A stretch of DNA of 35,103 bases from Candidatus Hydrogenedens sp. (GTDB lineage Bacteria > Hydrogenedentota > Hydrogenedentia > Hydrogenedentales > Hydrogenedentaceae): the NCBI GenBank assembly GCA_049968235.1, contig JBMFRC010000029.1, positions 1 to 35,103 on the forward strand. The letters run 5' to 3'. Position 1 is the first letter of the stretch; each line of letters opens with the position of its first letter. Below, one piece after another: positions 17,779 to 27,600 of the stretch. The translations under genes were made by a program, and so were the position numbers. The notes beneath the pieces were generated by a model, which was not told where the DNA came from, did not search any database, and was given only the letters and a program-made list of their open reading frames with translations.

Positions 17779-20346
17779 ATGAATTACAGGTTCTATAGGT
17801 TTTTTATTTTTGCTGTAATGGTTAGTTTGTTTTTATGTTTTTCCCCATGTTTGTCTTATGGAAATGAAATAGGTGATGAATATTCTGCCTTCCGTTTGTT
17901 AGATAAATCTGTTATACCTGGTAAAAATATTTCGTTGGAAATTTCTTTTGGTAATTTAATAGAAAAAGAGGGAGAAGCGTTAGTTCCTCTTATTTGTGAA
18001 ATGGATGCTAAGCATAGTTATTCTTATGTCGTGGCTTCTCTTGATATTTCAGAAGAAAAAAACAACGAAACTCCAATTCCTATTAATACTATCCAAACAG
18101 TCTCTTTAGTAAAGGGATATAATCGTATTCTATTTTTATTGCCCATTCAGAAACTGAAGGATGGCATTTACTATGGAAATTTACAGGTTAAATATACAAA
18201 AGAGGAAAAACCTGCAATTGTTGTATTTCAGATAGAAAAAATATCTTCTAAAGGATTGGAAGAACAATTAAATTTTGTCTCTCAAGAGGTTGATAATGTC
18301 ATATCTTTGAATAAAGATATACAGAATGACAAATCTGTAGAATTTAACTTAATACAAAATTTATTATTACAAGCCCGTAACGAATTTAATGATAAACATT
18401 GGGAGGATTTATCAGATACTTTGAATATATTACAGGAGCAAATTTCGCAGTTAAAAGATTCGCTTCCAAAAAGTAATGCAACAGTTATTTCTCCGCAAAA
18501 AGAAGACCTTTCTTTATCCATTACTCCGGAAGGGGTATTTTCAAACAAGAAACCTGTTAATGTAATTGGGATATATTTAAATGAGCCGACGATGGATAAT
18601 GCGAAAATGGTTATTGACTATGCCATTCCTGTGGTAGTTTTCCCTATTACACTGGATAAAATGTTTCCTACAGAATCGGGAGAACAAACATTACCCGCAG
18701 ATATTATGGGGATATTGGATTATTTGTTTGAAAATAAGGTTTATGTATTGTTTCAGATAGTTCAGGAACAGGTCCCTCCATGGTTATATGAAAAGACTCC
18801 GAACATACATAAAGATGGATTTGTGGATTTATCACAGAGACCTGTGTGGGACTTAATCGAAAAAGGATATAAAGAAATAATCAATTATTGTAAAGAGAAA
18901 TCATTTTTCCTTGGAATGAGTTTGGTAACTGAGCCCAAATTTAAGTTTGATGGTGATTTTGTGCGTCAGTCCTTTATTGAATGGGTTAAAGTCAATTATC
19001 CAGACAGACAAACATTAAATCAGGTATGGCATGCACATTTAGCGAATTATGAAGAAATTACCATTTGGGATGAGGTTGCTCCTCACTGGAGTTATCAAAA
19101 TCGTAGAGCCTACCAATATGATTGGCAGAATTTTCATCGGGAAATGATTTCAAACTTGTTAAAAGGTGCATTGGACCAATTCCGCTTATTTTCCTCCGAT
19201 GTTCCTGTTTCTATTACTTTCCCGTCAACAGTTTTTGAACTGGATGAAACCAAATATACCCCTGACCGGGAACAGACGATTCCTTATCTGGACTTTATCC
19301 CCATAAGTGTTTCGTTCAATACAGAAGATACAGTATACGCTCAAGGGTATCCTGACCCTGCTGTGGATGTCGTATGGATGCGTTCGGTATCTAAGGGAAA
19401 ACCCATTATTATCTCTTCTGCTAATTTAAATTTCAAAGAGGGTATGACAGATAATGAGAAATATAAACATACGCAAAGTTTCTTATGGGAGATGGCATTA
19501 GCAGGAGCACAGATTGTCGCTGTTAATATTACAGGTGATTTAAGGGATAATGTAGAGATATGGAAAGCCATTTTTGATACAAACTCCCTGTTTTTAAAAA
19601 TTAGTCCAGAACTTAGACAATTCCAATTATCAAAGGCAATGGTACGAGTCCTGTTTAGTGATTCCTCAAAGATTCTTGATGGAGGTACCCCTCATTTAAA
19701 ATCTGCCCGGTTCGCATACGAAGGGAGTTCCTTTGCTGGGTATGATGTGTGTTTTGCAACCGAAAAAGGAATAGAAACAGGGATATTACAGGATACGAAA
19801 GTTCTTATTATGCCTCAAACATTATCTCTCGAAGATGATGTTTTCAATATTATTACAGATTTTATTCGTAATGGAAATTATGTGATTCGTGTTGGGACAC
19901 AGATTCCCTATGACCCGAAAGGTATGTCCCGTCGGGATGTGGTTCAGCCTACCAGTAATACGATATTAGTGCGTGGAATGAATCTTCCTACAGAGTACCT
20001 TCACGGCATGGATGCTTTGATTTCTAAAAAGGCTTTGGCATCTATACCAAGACCAGTAAACAAAGTAGGCTACCCATTGGAGGGCATTAAGTCAAGATTT
20101 ATCCCTTCAGAAGATGGTGGAGGATATTTATATTTGCTTAATTTGAGAAAAGAAAAAGTCCTCTGCCGACTTACCGGGTATTTACAGAAGGGATATAGTT
20201 TGATGGATAATACGGAAATTGAATTTCCTAGAGAATTACAACCTTTAGAATTAATTTTTATGAAAATGGTTCCACCGGACTACGAAAAAATTGTTCAGAT
20301 AGAACCATTACCTACAAAAAAAGTAGAGAAGAAAAAGCATAAATGA
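17779..20346 (+). CDS. Large secreted protein with a clan GH-A-like TIM-barrel glycoside-hydrolase core and a beta-galactosidase-type trimerisation-like domain (GH42-like, tentative).
   Basis: 855 aa. The signal peptide is MNYRFYRFFIFAVMVSLFLCFSPCLSYG. An N-E-P motif (IGIYLNEPT, nt 18580-18588) sits in the position of the GH-A acid/base. A candidate nucleophile is LVTEP, with the Glu at nt 18931-18933. A downstream segment VLIMPQTLSLEDDVFNIITDFIRNGNYVI resembles the GH42 trimerisation domain. The first ~240 aa are unknown. Confidence 0.35.
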   Translation: MNYRFYRFFIFAVMVSLFLCFSPCLSYGNEIGDEYSAFRLLDKSVIPGKNISLEISFGNLIEKEGEALVPLICEMDAKHSYSYVVASLDISEEKNNETPIPINTIQTVSLVKGYNRILFLLPIQKLKDGIYYGNLQVKYTKEEKPAIVVFQIEKISSKGLEEQLNFVSQEVDNVISLNKDIQNDKSVEFNLIQNLLLQARNEFNDKHWEDLSDTLNILQEQISQLKDSLPKSNATVISPQKEDLSLSITPEGVFSNKKPVNVIGIYLNEPTMDNAKMVIDYAIPVVVFPITLDKMFPTESGEQTLPADIMGILDYLFENKVYVLFQIVQEQVPPWLYEKTPNIHKDGFVDLSQRPVWDLIEKGYKEIINYCKEKSFFLGMSLVTEPKFKFDGDFVRQSFIEWVKVNYPDRQTLNQVWHAHLANYEEITIWDEVAPHWSYQNRRAYQYDWQNFHREMISNLLKGALDQFRLFSSDVPVSITFPSTVFELDETKYTPDREQTIPYLDFIPISVSFNTEDTVYAQGYPDPAVDVVWMRSVSKGKPIIISSANLNFKEGMTDNEKYKHTQSFLWEMALAGAQIVAVNITGDLRDNVEIWKAIFDTNSLFLKISPELRQFQLSKAMVRVLFSDSSKILDGGTPHLKSARFAYEGSSFAGYDVCFATEKGIETGILQDTKVLIMPQTLSLEDDVFNIITDFIRNGNYVIRVGTQIPYDPKGMSRRDVVQPTSNTILVRGMNLPTEYLHGMDALISKKALASIPRPVNKVGYPLEGIKSRFIPSEDGGGYLYLLNLRKEKVLCRLTGYLQKGYSLMDNTEIEFPRELQPLELIFMKMVPPDYEKIVQIEPLPTKKVEKKKHK

Positions 20347-21326
20347 AGGGGAAAAAAGTCTTGACAGGAACTGAAACAGGAACTACTTCGCCATTTTCTC
20401 AGAATGTTATTGCCATTGTATGGGATTTTGATTTTACATTAACTCCCCAAAATATGCAGATGCCTCTTTTCACTGCTTATGGAGTAGATGAAGAAAAATT
20501 CTGGAAAGAAGTAAATGCTTTGCCATCATACTACAAAAAGGCAGGTGTGCGTGTATCTGAAGAAACTGCTTATTTGTGGCATATTATTTCTTATGTACAG
20601 GCAGGAAAATTCCCCGATTTAACAAATCAGAAACTGCGTGAATTAGGAGGGAAAATAGAATTTTATCCCGGCTTGCCAGAATTTTTCCCGATGATTCAGC
20701 AATTATTAGAGAGAGAACCCTTTACGGAATATGATTTGAAGGTCGAACATTATATCGTAAGTAGTGGATTGACAGAGATGATACGCGGGTCAAAAATTGC
20801 CCCTTATATTTCAGGTGTATGGGCTTGTGAATTTATTGAGGTGCCCGCAGGTCCTGATGAAGACTTTTCTCAAAATCCAAAAAAAGGATTAATCAGTCAA
20901 GTTGGGTATATTATTGACCACACGACGAAAACAAGGGCTTTATTTGAAATAAATAAAGGAGTAAATAAAGTGGATGGGATTAGCGTTAATGATTCTATCC
21001 CTGAAAATGCAAGACGCGTTCCTTTCAAAAATATGATTTATATAGGTGATGGACCCAGTGATATTCCCTGCTTTTCTGTTGTGCATAAACACGGTGGTTT
21101 GACATACGCAGTCTATCCCAAAGGAAATGAATTTAAATACCAACAAGTTATTGACCTTTTAGAATCAGACAGAATTGATGCCTACGGACCTGCGGATTAT
21201 CGAGAAGATAGTGAAACGGTTTTTTGGATGCGAAACAAAGTATTAAATATCGCCAATCGAATTGTAGAAGAGAAAAAAAGTGCTTTGTATTCACAAATAA
21301 AATTGGGTCCTAAACATACAAGTTAA
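20343..21326 (+). CDS. HAD-superfamily hydrolase, possibly HAD-IG 5'-nucleotidase-like.
   Basis: 327 aa with no signal peptide. HAD motif I DxDxT is present as WDFDFTLT (compare DMDYTL of HAD-IG nucleotidases). Motif IV is present as YIGDGPSD. It is translationally coupled to the preceding gene by an ATGA overlap at 20343-20346. Confidence 0.6.
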   Translation: MKGKKVLTGTETGTTSPFSQNVIAIVWDFDFTLTPQNMQMPLFTAYGVDEEKFWKEVNALPSYYKKAGVRVSEETAYLWHIISYVQAGKFPDLTNQKLRELGGKIEFYPGLPEFFPMIQQLLEREPFTEYDLKVEHYIVSSGLTEMIRGSKIAPYISGVWACEFIEVPAGPDEDFSQNPKKGLISQVGYIIDHTTKTRALFEINKGVNKVDGISVNDSIPENARRVPFKNMIYIGDGPSDIPCFSVVHKHGGLTYAVYPKGNEFKYQQVIDLLESDRIDAYGPADYREDSETVFWMRNKVLNIANRIVEEKKSALYSQIKLGPKHTS

Positions 21327-21349
21327 CAAAAAAGTTAATTCTCTTTCCT

Positions 21350-22411
21350 TTATTTTTTACTCCAGATACCTGGGATGGTTGTGTTGCAATAAGGACATTT
21401 TCCATCGGAGAGTTTGTTGGACCAGACAGTAAAACCTGTCCGTTCAATTAATAATTCATGACAATGGGGGCAGTATGTATTTTCCATTGTCTTTACAGAA
21501 CTGGGACGATTTCCAGCATAGACAAAATGTAATCCTGCTTCTCTGGCTATTTTATATGCTTTTTCTAATTGATATATGCTGGTAGGAAAACCATTGTTCA
21601 TTTTGTAATTGGGATAAAATCCAGTTACATGCCAGGGAATATTGGGGTTTATTTTGGCTATAAATTTTGTTAATTCATGTAATTCTTCATCACTATCATT
21701 AAAACCCGGGACCAGCAAAGTAACAATTTCTACCCAGTAATCCAATTCCATAAGTTTTTCAATAGTGGAACATACAAGCGAGAGTTTGCCCCCTAATTTA
21801 TCATAGTTTTTCTGCTGGAAAGTTTTCAGGTCTACTTTGAATAATTTCATAACAGGTCGTAGAAATTTTAATACTCGTTCAGATGCATGTCCATTGCTTA
21901 CATATCCACAAATAATCCCTTTTTCCTTTGCCAAAGAGAAAATTTCATAAGCCCAATCGCTTGTGATAAGTGGCTCATTATAGGTACTAACTATTACCGG
22001 GCAATGATGTTTTATCGCAAGTTCCAGTATTGTGGCGGATGATATAGGTTCAAAACGAATAAGCGAATTAGGGTCGCGAAGAGTTTGACTACTTAACCAG
22101 TTTTGACAGAAGGGACAGTGGAAATTGCATCCCAACATACCCCAGGAGAGAGCTGTCCCTCCGGGGAGAACATGGAAAAAAGGCTTCTTTTCGATTGGGT
22201 CAATAGCCAGACCTGCTACATAATTATATGGGGCATAGAGAACCCCTTCTTTATTAAATCTTAATTTGCAGATACCTGTTTTCCCAGGAGAAATCAGGCA
22301 TTGATGTCCGCAGGAATAACAACGAACCTTATCTTTCTCTAATTGCTCATAGAGTTGCTGATGGGCAGGTCTTGAATATAGCTCTTTTAATATCTGTTCA
22401 GTGTTTTCCAT
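21350..22411 (-). CDS. amrS: AmmeMemoRadiSam-system-type radical SAM enzyme (AmrS / PFL-activase-like).
   Basis: 353 aa. An N-terminal Cys cluster (CYSCGHQC...GICKLR) is present. The hallmark DPIEKKPFFHVLPG precedes the radical-SAM CxxxCxxC (GCNFHCPFCQNW). The C-terminus has a Cys-rich zinc-ribbon-like segment (CPHCHE...CPYCN). Confidence 0.7.
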   Translation of the reverse strand: MENTEQILKELYSRPAHQQLYEQLEKDKVRCYSCGHQCLISPGKTGICKLRFNKEGVLYAPYNYVAGLAIDPIEKKPFFHVLPGGTALSWGMLGCNFHCPFCQNWLSSQTLRDPNSLIRFEPISSATILELAIKHHCPVIVSTYNEPLITSDWAYEIFSLAKEKGIICGYVSNGHASERVLKFLRPVMKLFKVDLKTFQQKNYDKLGGKLSLVCSTIEKLMELDYWVEIVTLLVPGFNDSDEELHELTKFIAKINPNIPWHVTGFYPNYKMNNGFPTSIYQLEKAYKIAREAGLHFVYAGNRPSSVKTMENTYCPHCHELLIERTGFTVWSNKLSDGKCPYCNTTIPGIWSKK

Positions 22412-22444
22412 AGTTTATCTATCAGAGCATGCTAATTTATCTTA

Positions 22445-22792
22445 TTATTGTATATCTCCTGTACCGGGAGTTTCATCAAAAAAAGCAAATTTATTTTCTA
22501 TTTTTGAATATTTTTCTGCTTCGGAAAGAGGTTCTTTGGGGATAGTTATTGCAGGCCAGATTTTGGAATATTTGGCGTTAAGTGAGATATAGTGTTTCCA
22601 CTTTTCTGGCACATTTTTTTCAGGATATATTGCATTGACAGGACATGGGTCAACACATGCTCCACAGTCAATACAATCGTCAGGGTCTATTACTAACATA
22701 TTTGCCCCTTCGTGAAAACAGATAACGGGACAGTTGCGAAGGCATTCTGTATATTTGCACTTAATACATGGTTCCGTTACAACATAAGTCAT
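22445..22792 (-). CDS. fdxA: 7Fe-type ferredoxin, Azotobacter FdxA-like, [3Fe-4S][4Fe-4S].
   Basis: 115 aa starting from the internal Met (ATG at 22792, preceded by AAAGGGAATGAT). MTYVVTEPCIKCKYTECLRNCPVICFHEG...IDPDDCIDCGACVDPCPVNAIY is nearly collinear with FdI-type ferredoxins. The ORF track's start at 22948 is an upstream over-extension that would overlap the divergent YjbQ gene. Confidence 0.85.
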   Translation of the reverse strand: MTYVVTEPCIKCKYTECLRNCPVICFHEGANMLVIDPDDCIDCGACVDPCPVNAIYPEKNVPEKWKHYISLNAKYSKIWPAITIPKEPLSEAEKYSKIENKFAFFDETPGTGDIQ

Positions 22793-22873
22793 ATCATTCC
22801 CTTTGTTTTTATGATATATTATATAACGGTTTATTGCTATTTTTGAACAAGAAATAATGGAAAGGAAAGGGAT

Positions 22874-23290
22874 ATGGTGTTTCAGAAAAATCATGTGGTA
22901 GAAACGAAGAAATATGGTCAGATGACAGACCTTACACCATGGGTGCAACTGGCGGTAGAGGAGTCCCAGTTAAAAAATGGAATAGTGAATGTATTTAATG
23001 TTGGAAGCACAGCATGTATCGGAACAATAGAATTTGAGCCCGGATTGATGGAGGATTTACCGGAACAACTCTCGCGTTTATTTCCCCCGGGACGCCATTA
23101 TGCCCACGAACAAACATGGCATGATGGGAATGGACATTCCCATTTGCAGGCAAGTTTAATAGGTCCCGGAATTACGGTTCCGTTCAAAGATAAAAAACTA
23201 ATTTTAGGAGTATGGCAACAAATATTCCATCTGGAATGTGATATTAAACCTCGAAAAAGAGATATTATGATTACAGTGATGGGTGAGTAA
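22874..23290 (+). CDS. YjbQ/UPF0047 family protein (secondary thiamine-phosphate synthase-like).
   Basis: 138 aa. Family motifs are present: TWHDGNGHSHLQASLIGPGITVPFKD.KLILGVWQQIFHLECD. An RBS GGAAAGGAAAGGGA lies upstream. Confidence 0.8.
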   Translation: MVFQKNHVVETKKYGQMTDLTPWVQLAVEESQLKNGIVNVFNVGSTACIGTIEFEPGLMEDLPEQLSRLFPPGRHYAHEQTWHDGNGHSHLQASLIGPGITVPFKDKKLILGVWQQIFHLECDIKPRKRDIMITVMGE

Positions 23291-23331
23291 TTTTTGGGGT
23301 GAGAAAATTTAATAGATATAAGAGATGATTA

Positions 23332-23361
23332 TTGTTCTTATATACGCCTTTTTTATATAAT
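23332..23361 (+). promoter_or_regulatory. Putative promoter for tRNA-Arg: TTGTTC -35, an 18-nt spacer, then TATAAT -10.
   Basis: TTGTTC is at 23332-23337. A perfect TATAAT is at 23356-23361. The tRNA 5' end at 23373 lies ~11 nt downstream. Confidence 0.3.
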
Positions 23362-23372
23362 TTTGACCTGTC

Positions 23373-23447
23373 GCCCCGATAGTTCAGTGGATAGAACAAA
23401 TCCCTCCTAAGGATTAGACCCGCGTTCGATTCGCGGTCGGGGCGCCA
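23373..23447 (+). tRNA. tRNA-Arg, anticodon CCT (reads AGG), with a genome-encoded CCA.
   Basis: A manual cloverleaf fold works. The acceptor stem GCCCCGA/TCGGGGC has 7 perfect pairs. The D stem is GTTC/GAAC. The anticodon stem AATCC/GGATT carries the loop CTCCTAA, giving anticodon CCT. The T stem CCGCG/CGCGG carries the loop TTCGATT. The discriminator is G and the 3' end is CCA. A T8 run follows at 23448-23455. Confidence 0.85.
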
Positions 23448-23531
23448 TTTTTTTTAGGGAAGGTGCGGGTATTTATTTTTTTTCAAGTAAAGTGGTATGA
23501 TAATAAGAAGCTTTATAAAGGAGGAAGTATT

Positions 23532-24635
23532 GTGGGATTTTCTGTAGGAATTATAGGTTTACCCAATGTAGGTAAGAGCACATTATTTAATGCTTTAACG
23601 CAAAGTAAACATGCACAGGTAGCCAATTATCCTTTTTGCACGATAGAACCCAATCATGCGGTTGTGAAAGTTCCAGACGAAAATTTAGAACGTTTATCCG
23701 TGTTAATTCAACCTAAACAAACGGTTCATGCAACAATAGATTTTGTAGATATTGCAGGATTGGTAAAAGGGTCTCATAAAGGGGAAGGGCTTGGAAATCA
23801 GTTTTTATCACATATTCGAGAAACAGATGCCTTAATTCATATTGTCCGTTGTTTCGAGGATGAAAATATTGTCCATATTAACGGGAAGGTAAATCCGATT
23901 GAAGATATTGAAATCATTAATATAGAACTGGTATTTGCAGATTTACAACAATTGGAACGAAAAATTGAAAAGTTACATAAATATATTAAAGGTGACAAAA
24001 AAGTTCAACCCTTGCTGGAATTATGTGAAAGATTAAAACAACATTTTGAAAAAGGATTTCCAGCAAGAACTTTCCCGGAAAATGATACTGAACTATTTCA
24101 GGTACTAAATGAAGAAATGCGATTTACCACTGGAAAAAAAATAATTTATGTGGCTAATGTGGATGAAAAAGGATTGGAACACGACCCTCCTGTAATAAAT
24201 GAAATTCGTCAATTAGCGGGAAAAGAAGGGACGGAAGTAGTTAAAGTTTGTGCCCAATTGGAAATGGACCTGGCAGAAATGAGTGAAGAGGAACGAAAAG
24301 AATTTCTGGCTATGGATGGGGCTATGGAATCAGCTTTGGAACAGGTTGTTCATGCAGGTTATCGACTCCTGAATTTAGTAACATTTTATACGATGGCACC
24401 TCCAAAAGAAATACGGGCATGGGCTATTAAAGAAGGAACACATGTGGGAAAAGCAGCGGGAATGATACATACCGATTTCGAAAAGCACTTTGTATGTGCA
24501 GAAGTAATTCCTGTAAAGGAATTTTTAGTGCATGGAGGTGAAGCGGGTGCCAAACAGGCTGGAGCATGGCGAATTGAAGGTAAAGATTATATTGTTAAGA
24601 ATGGAGATTGTATATACATTAGGGCAAATGCATAA
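23532..24635 (+). CDS. ychF: Ribosome-binding ATPase YchF (Obg-family GTPase/ATPase).
   Basis: The G1 motif GIIGLPNVGKSTLFNALT and NYPFCTIEPN are present, plus a C-terminal TGS domain. The likely true start is GTG at 23532 (VGFSVGIIG...), 8 nt after the RBS AAGGAGGA at 23517-23524. The ORF-track start at 23463 adds 23 non-conserved residues. Confidence 0.9.
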   Translation: MGFSVGIIGLPNVGKSTLFNALTQSKHAQVANYPFCTIEPNHAVVKVPDENLERLSVLIQPKQTVHATIDFVDIAGLVKGSHKGEGLGNQFLSHIRETDALIHIVRCFEDENIVHINGKVNPIEDIEIINIELVFADLQQLERKIEKLHKYIKGDKKVQPLLELCERLKQHFEKGFPARTFPENDTELFQVLNEEMRFTTGKKIIYVANVDEKGLEHDPPVINEIRQLAGKEGTEVVKVCAQLEMDLAEMSEEERKEFLAMDGAMESALEQVVHAGYRLLNLVTFYTMAPPKEIRAWAIKEGTHVGKAAGMIHTDFEKHFVCAEVIPVKEFLVHGGEAGAKQAGAWRIEGKDYIVKNGDCIYIRANA

Positions 24636-24676
24636 ATTTTCGTTTACAATAAAATTATCAAAAAGGGGAGATAAGT

Positions 24677-27600
24677 GTGAAAACAGCACCTTTTACCCAA
24701 ATGTTAGTTATGACTATTGTTGTCTTGTTCGTAATTTCCTGTGGAGGTGGAGATGTTAATAAAGGAGAGGGAACAAAAGAAATTGTATCCCAATCTCAAA
24801 ATGTTGCAAAAGAGGTTCCTAAAATACCGACACAGGAAGAAAATTTTTTGGTGCCAATATCCCAGTATCCTTTACCAGGGGATGCGATAGAAAAAAAGTT
24901 TATTTTATTCTTTGATAAAAATGTGCATTTCCCACCGGAGGTCCCTATTGATGAATATGTTAAAACAGAACCACCTTTAAAAGGGATTACGGACTGTGTA
25001 GAGAATAAAATTGTTTTTAATATACTGCAGGCTATTCCCAAAAATGTAGATGAAGTGGTGTTTCATATTCATCCGGAGTTGCAGTCAGAAGAGGGAATAA
25101 AAATAAATCCTCAAAATTTGAGTTATCGGGTTCCTGTTGAAGAAGTGCAGGTAGTAGAAGGAAATTTTAGTGAAGTGGGTGAAGATTATTTTATATTTTC
25201 ACTGGATTTTAACCACTATGTTATAGGGGATGATATAAAACATTTCATTTCCTTAAAGGACCAGAATAATGCGGATGTAGAATTTGATGTAAAATCTCCG
25301 GGACAATTCATAAATACAATAAATTTGCATGTAAAATGGACAGGAACTGAGTCTTATAAACTTTTAATTAAACCGGGCTATACAGATTACCGCAAGAAAT
25401 ACAAGGGACAGGGGGCTTATTTTGAATTTCCAATAAAAGATACATTAGAAGTTGTAGAATGTAAGAAGAAAAGTAATATGGGATATCAGATTGTATTTTC
25501 CAGACCGGTTTCGTCAAAAGCCATTTACAAGTGTCTGCGTATAGCATCATCTACTCAGAATAATATACCTTACTATGTTATACCTGCAGATGTGAGAGTC
25601 GTGCAAGAGATAGCAATAGATTTGCCCCAGAATTTAGAACAAATTGGAGAGGGAAAAATATCCAAAGCATGGATAATAAATTTGAAGAATCCATCTTTCC
25701 CTATGTATTCAGTCTCTATTGAGTTAAGAAAATCTACATGGTCTAACGATATGGCTCTTCTTCCTGAGGAATACCGATGGGAAACAAAAGTGAAGGAAGA
25801 TGGTGGGTTCAGTATTTACTATTCGTATTGGAAGAGTAATGGACTTGATGGTGTCTCTTGTTTTTTGAATATGACAAAGGTGAATAAAGAAACCTTTATG
25901 AAATATTTTGAAGTCATACCGCCTGTAGATAATCTTTCTATTAAGGATAGCCAGTGGAATGAAGTGGAGATAAAAGGGGACTGGAAGACGGGTGTAAAAT
26001 ACCTCTTAAAATTTAAGGCGGGTTTACAATGGGGAGAAAATAGTGGGACCGATGAGAATCCAAAATATATGTTGTTAGAAAGGGATTATGCATATACAAT
26101 GAAAGATGTTCCACAATTCAAAACACTTGATTTTGATAATAAAGATAAGTTTTATATCATTCCTTTCCATGAGAAGAACTACATTCGTGTTGGTTCACGT
26201 AATGTGTCCAAAGGATATATTCATATTTATCAAGTTATGCCCGAAAACCTTTCTATTTGGTTAGGGAATGTTTCAGAGAATACGGTTCCTTTTGAAATTA
26301 ATGAGAGAACTAGCAAATATCTTACTTCTATTCCCGTAGAGTTTCCCAATAGTGTGGATAGAGCAAGTTTCATTGATGTAGATATAACACAATATTTATC
26401 AGATGTCCCGAAAGGAATATTTACATTATGTTTATCGGATAATAGTAACCCGGGTAGATTAAGAGCAAGTTGGGAACCCAAAAAACAAGAAGAGGAATCT
26501 CAATTGGAAAATTATGGTTATGAGTGGGAGGATAGAGGAGATTCTTATTACTATCCTTACGGCGGTTCGAATGATGGAGATTCGTTTTATCAGGATGTAA
26601 AAGGTACAAGAAGTGCTATCCGATATATATTGTGGACTCGGTTAGGTGTTGTTTCTCATTGGGATGATGCAAGTTTAATGGCATTTGTTCATGATTTAAT
26701 AGATTTGACTCCACAGATGGGTGCTGTGGTCTCTGCTTATTCCATAAAGAATCTTAAAGTGGTGGAGGGAGTATCGGATAATAACGGTATTGTAAAGTTG
26801 ATTTTGGGAAAACAGGATTTAGGAACTCCACGGCTTCTTACTGTCAGGACGGATAAAGATTTTTCTTTTGTTTTATTAAAACCCAAAGAGTTACCTACAT
26901 TAAAAGAACTTGAAAAGTATGATAGTTTTGAAAAAGATAGATATGAAGCATTTATTTATACGGATAGGAATCTTTACCGACCGGGAGAATTGATACACTC
27001 TCGCTGGGTTGTACGGAAGAATTATGGCGCGGATATTATTAATGCTCCTCTGGAATTACGGTTTATTAATCCACAAAAAAAAGTTGTTCATCGTAAGATT
27101 GTGAATTTATCTGAATGGGGAACAGGGGGAGAAGACATAATAACAGAATTCACTTATTTGACGGGGGCTTATACTTTAGGCTTATATGTTCCCGGAGGAG
27201 AACTTTTATGTGGTTCTATTCCTATTTATATTGAAGATTTTGTGCCGGATAGAATTAAAAACGAAATCACTGTTCCTAACAAATTCTGGATTGTTGGTGA
27301 TGAACAAAGTTTTGAAGTTTCCTCTCAATATTATGTAGGACCACCTGCAGTGGATTTGCCATCTAAAGGTAAGTTAATTATTACTCCTACAGAATTTGAA
27401 CACGAAAATTGGAAGGGTTACCGATTTGGTAATGATGAAATATTAAAAACTGTAGTTATGGATTTAGGAGTTCAGAAAACAAATGAAGAAGGGAAATCTA
27501 ATTTTTCCTTTAATTTTAGTCCACCGGGACCTATTAATAAACCGATAGAAATTTCTATTGTGAGTGAAGTTTCAGAGGCAGGAGGTAGAGCCGTTTCTGC

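Noticed and set aside
23448-23455. The T8 tract after the tRNA as a full intrinsic terminator.
   Set aside because: The only upstream helix is the tRNA acceptor/T arm, not a dedicated GC hairpin. It is left as an open question rather than called as a terminator feature.
24532-24759. A 75-aa ORF spanning the ychF 3' end and the A2M 5' end.
   Set aside because: It is out of frame with both well-supported genes. It covers the short intergenic spacer that contains the A2M RBS.
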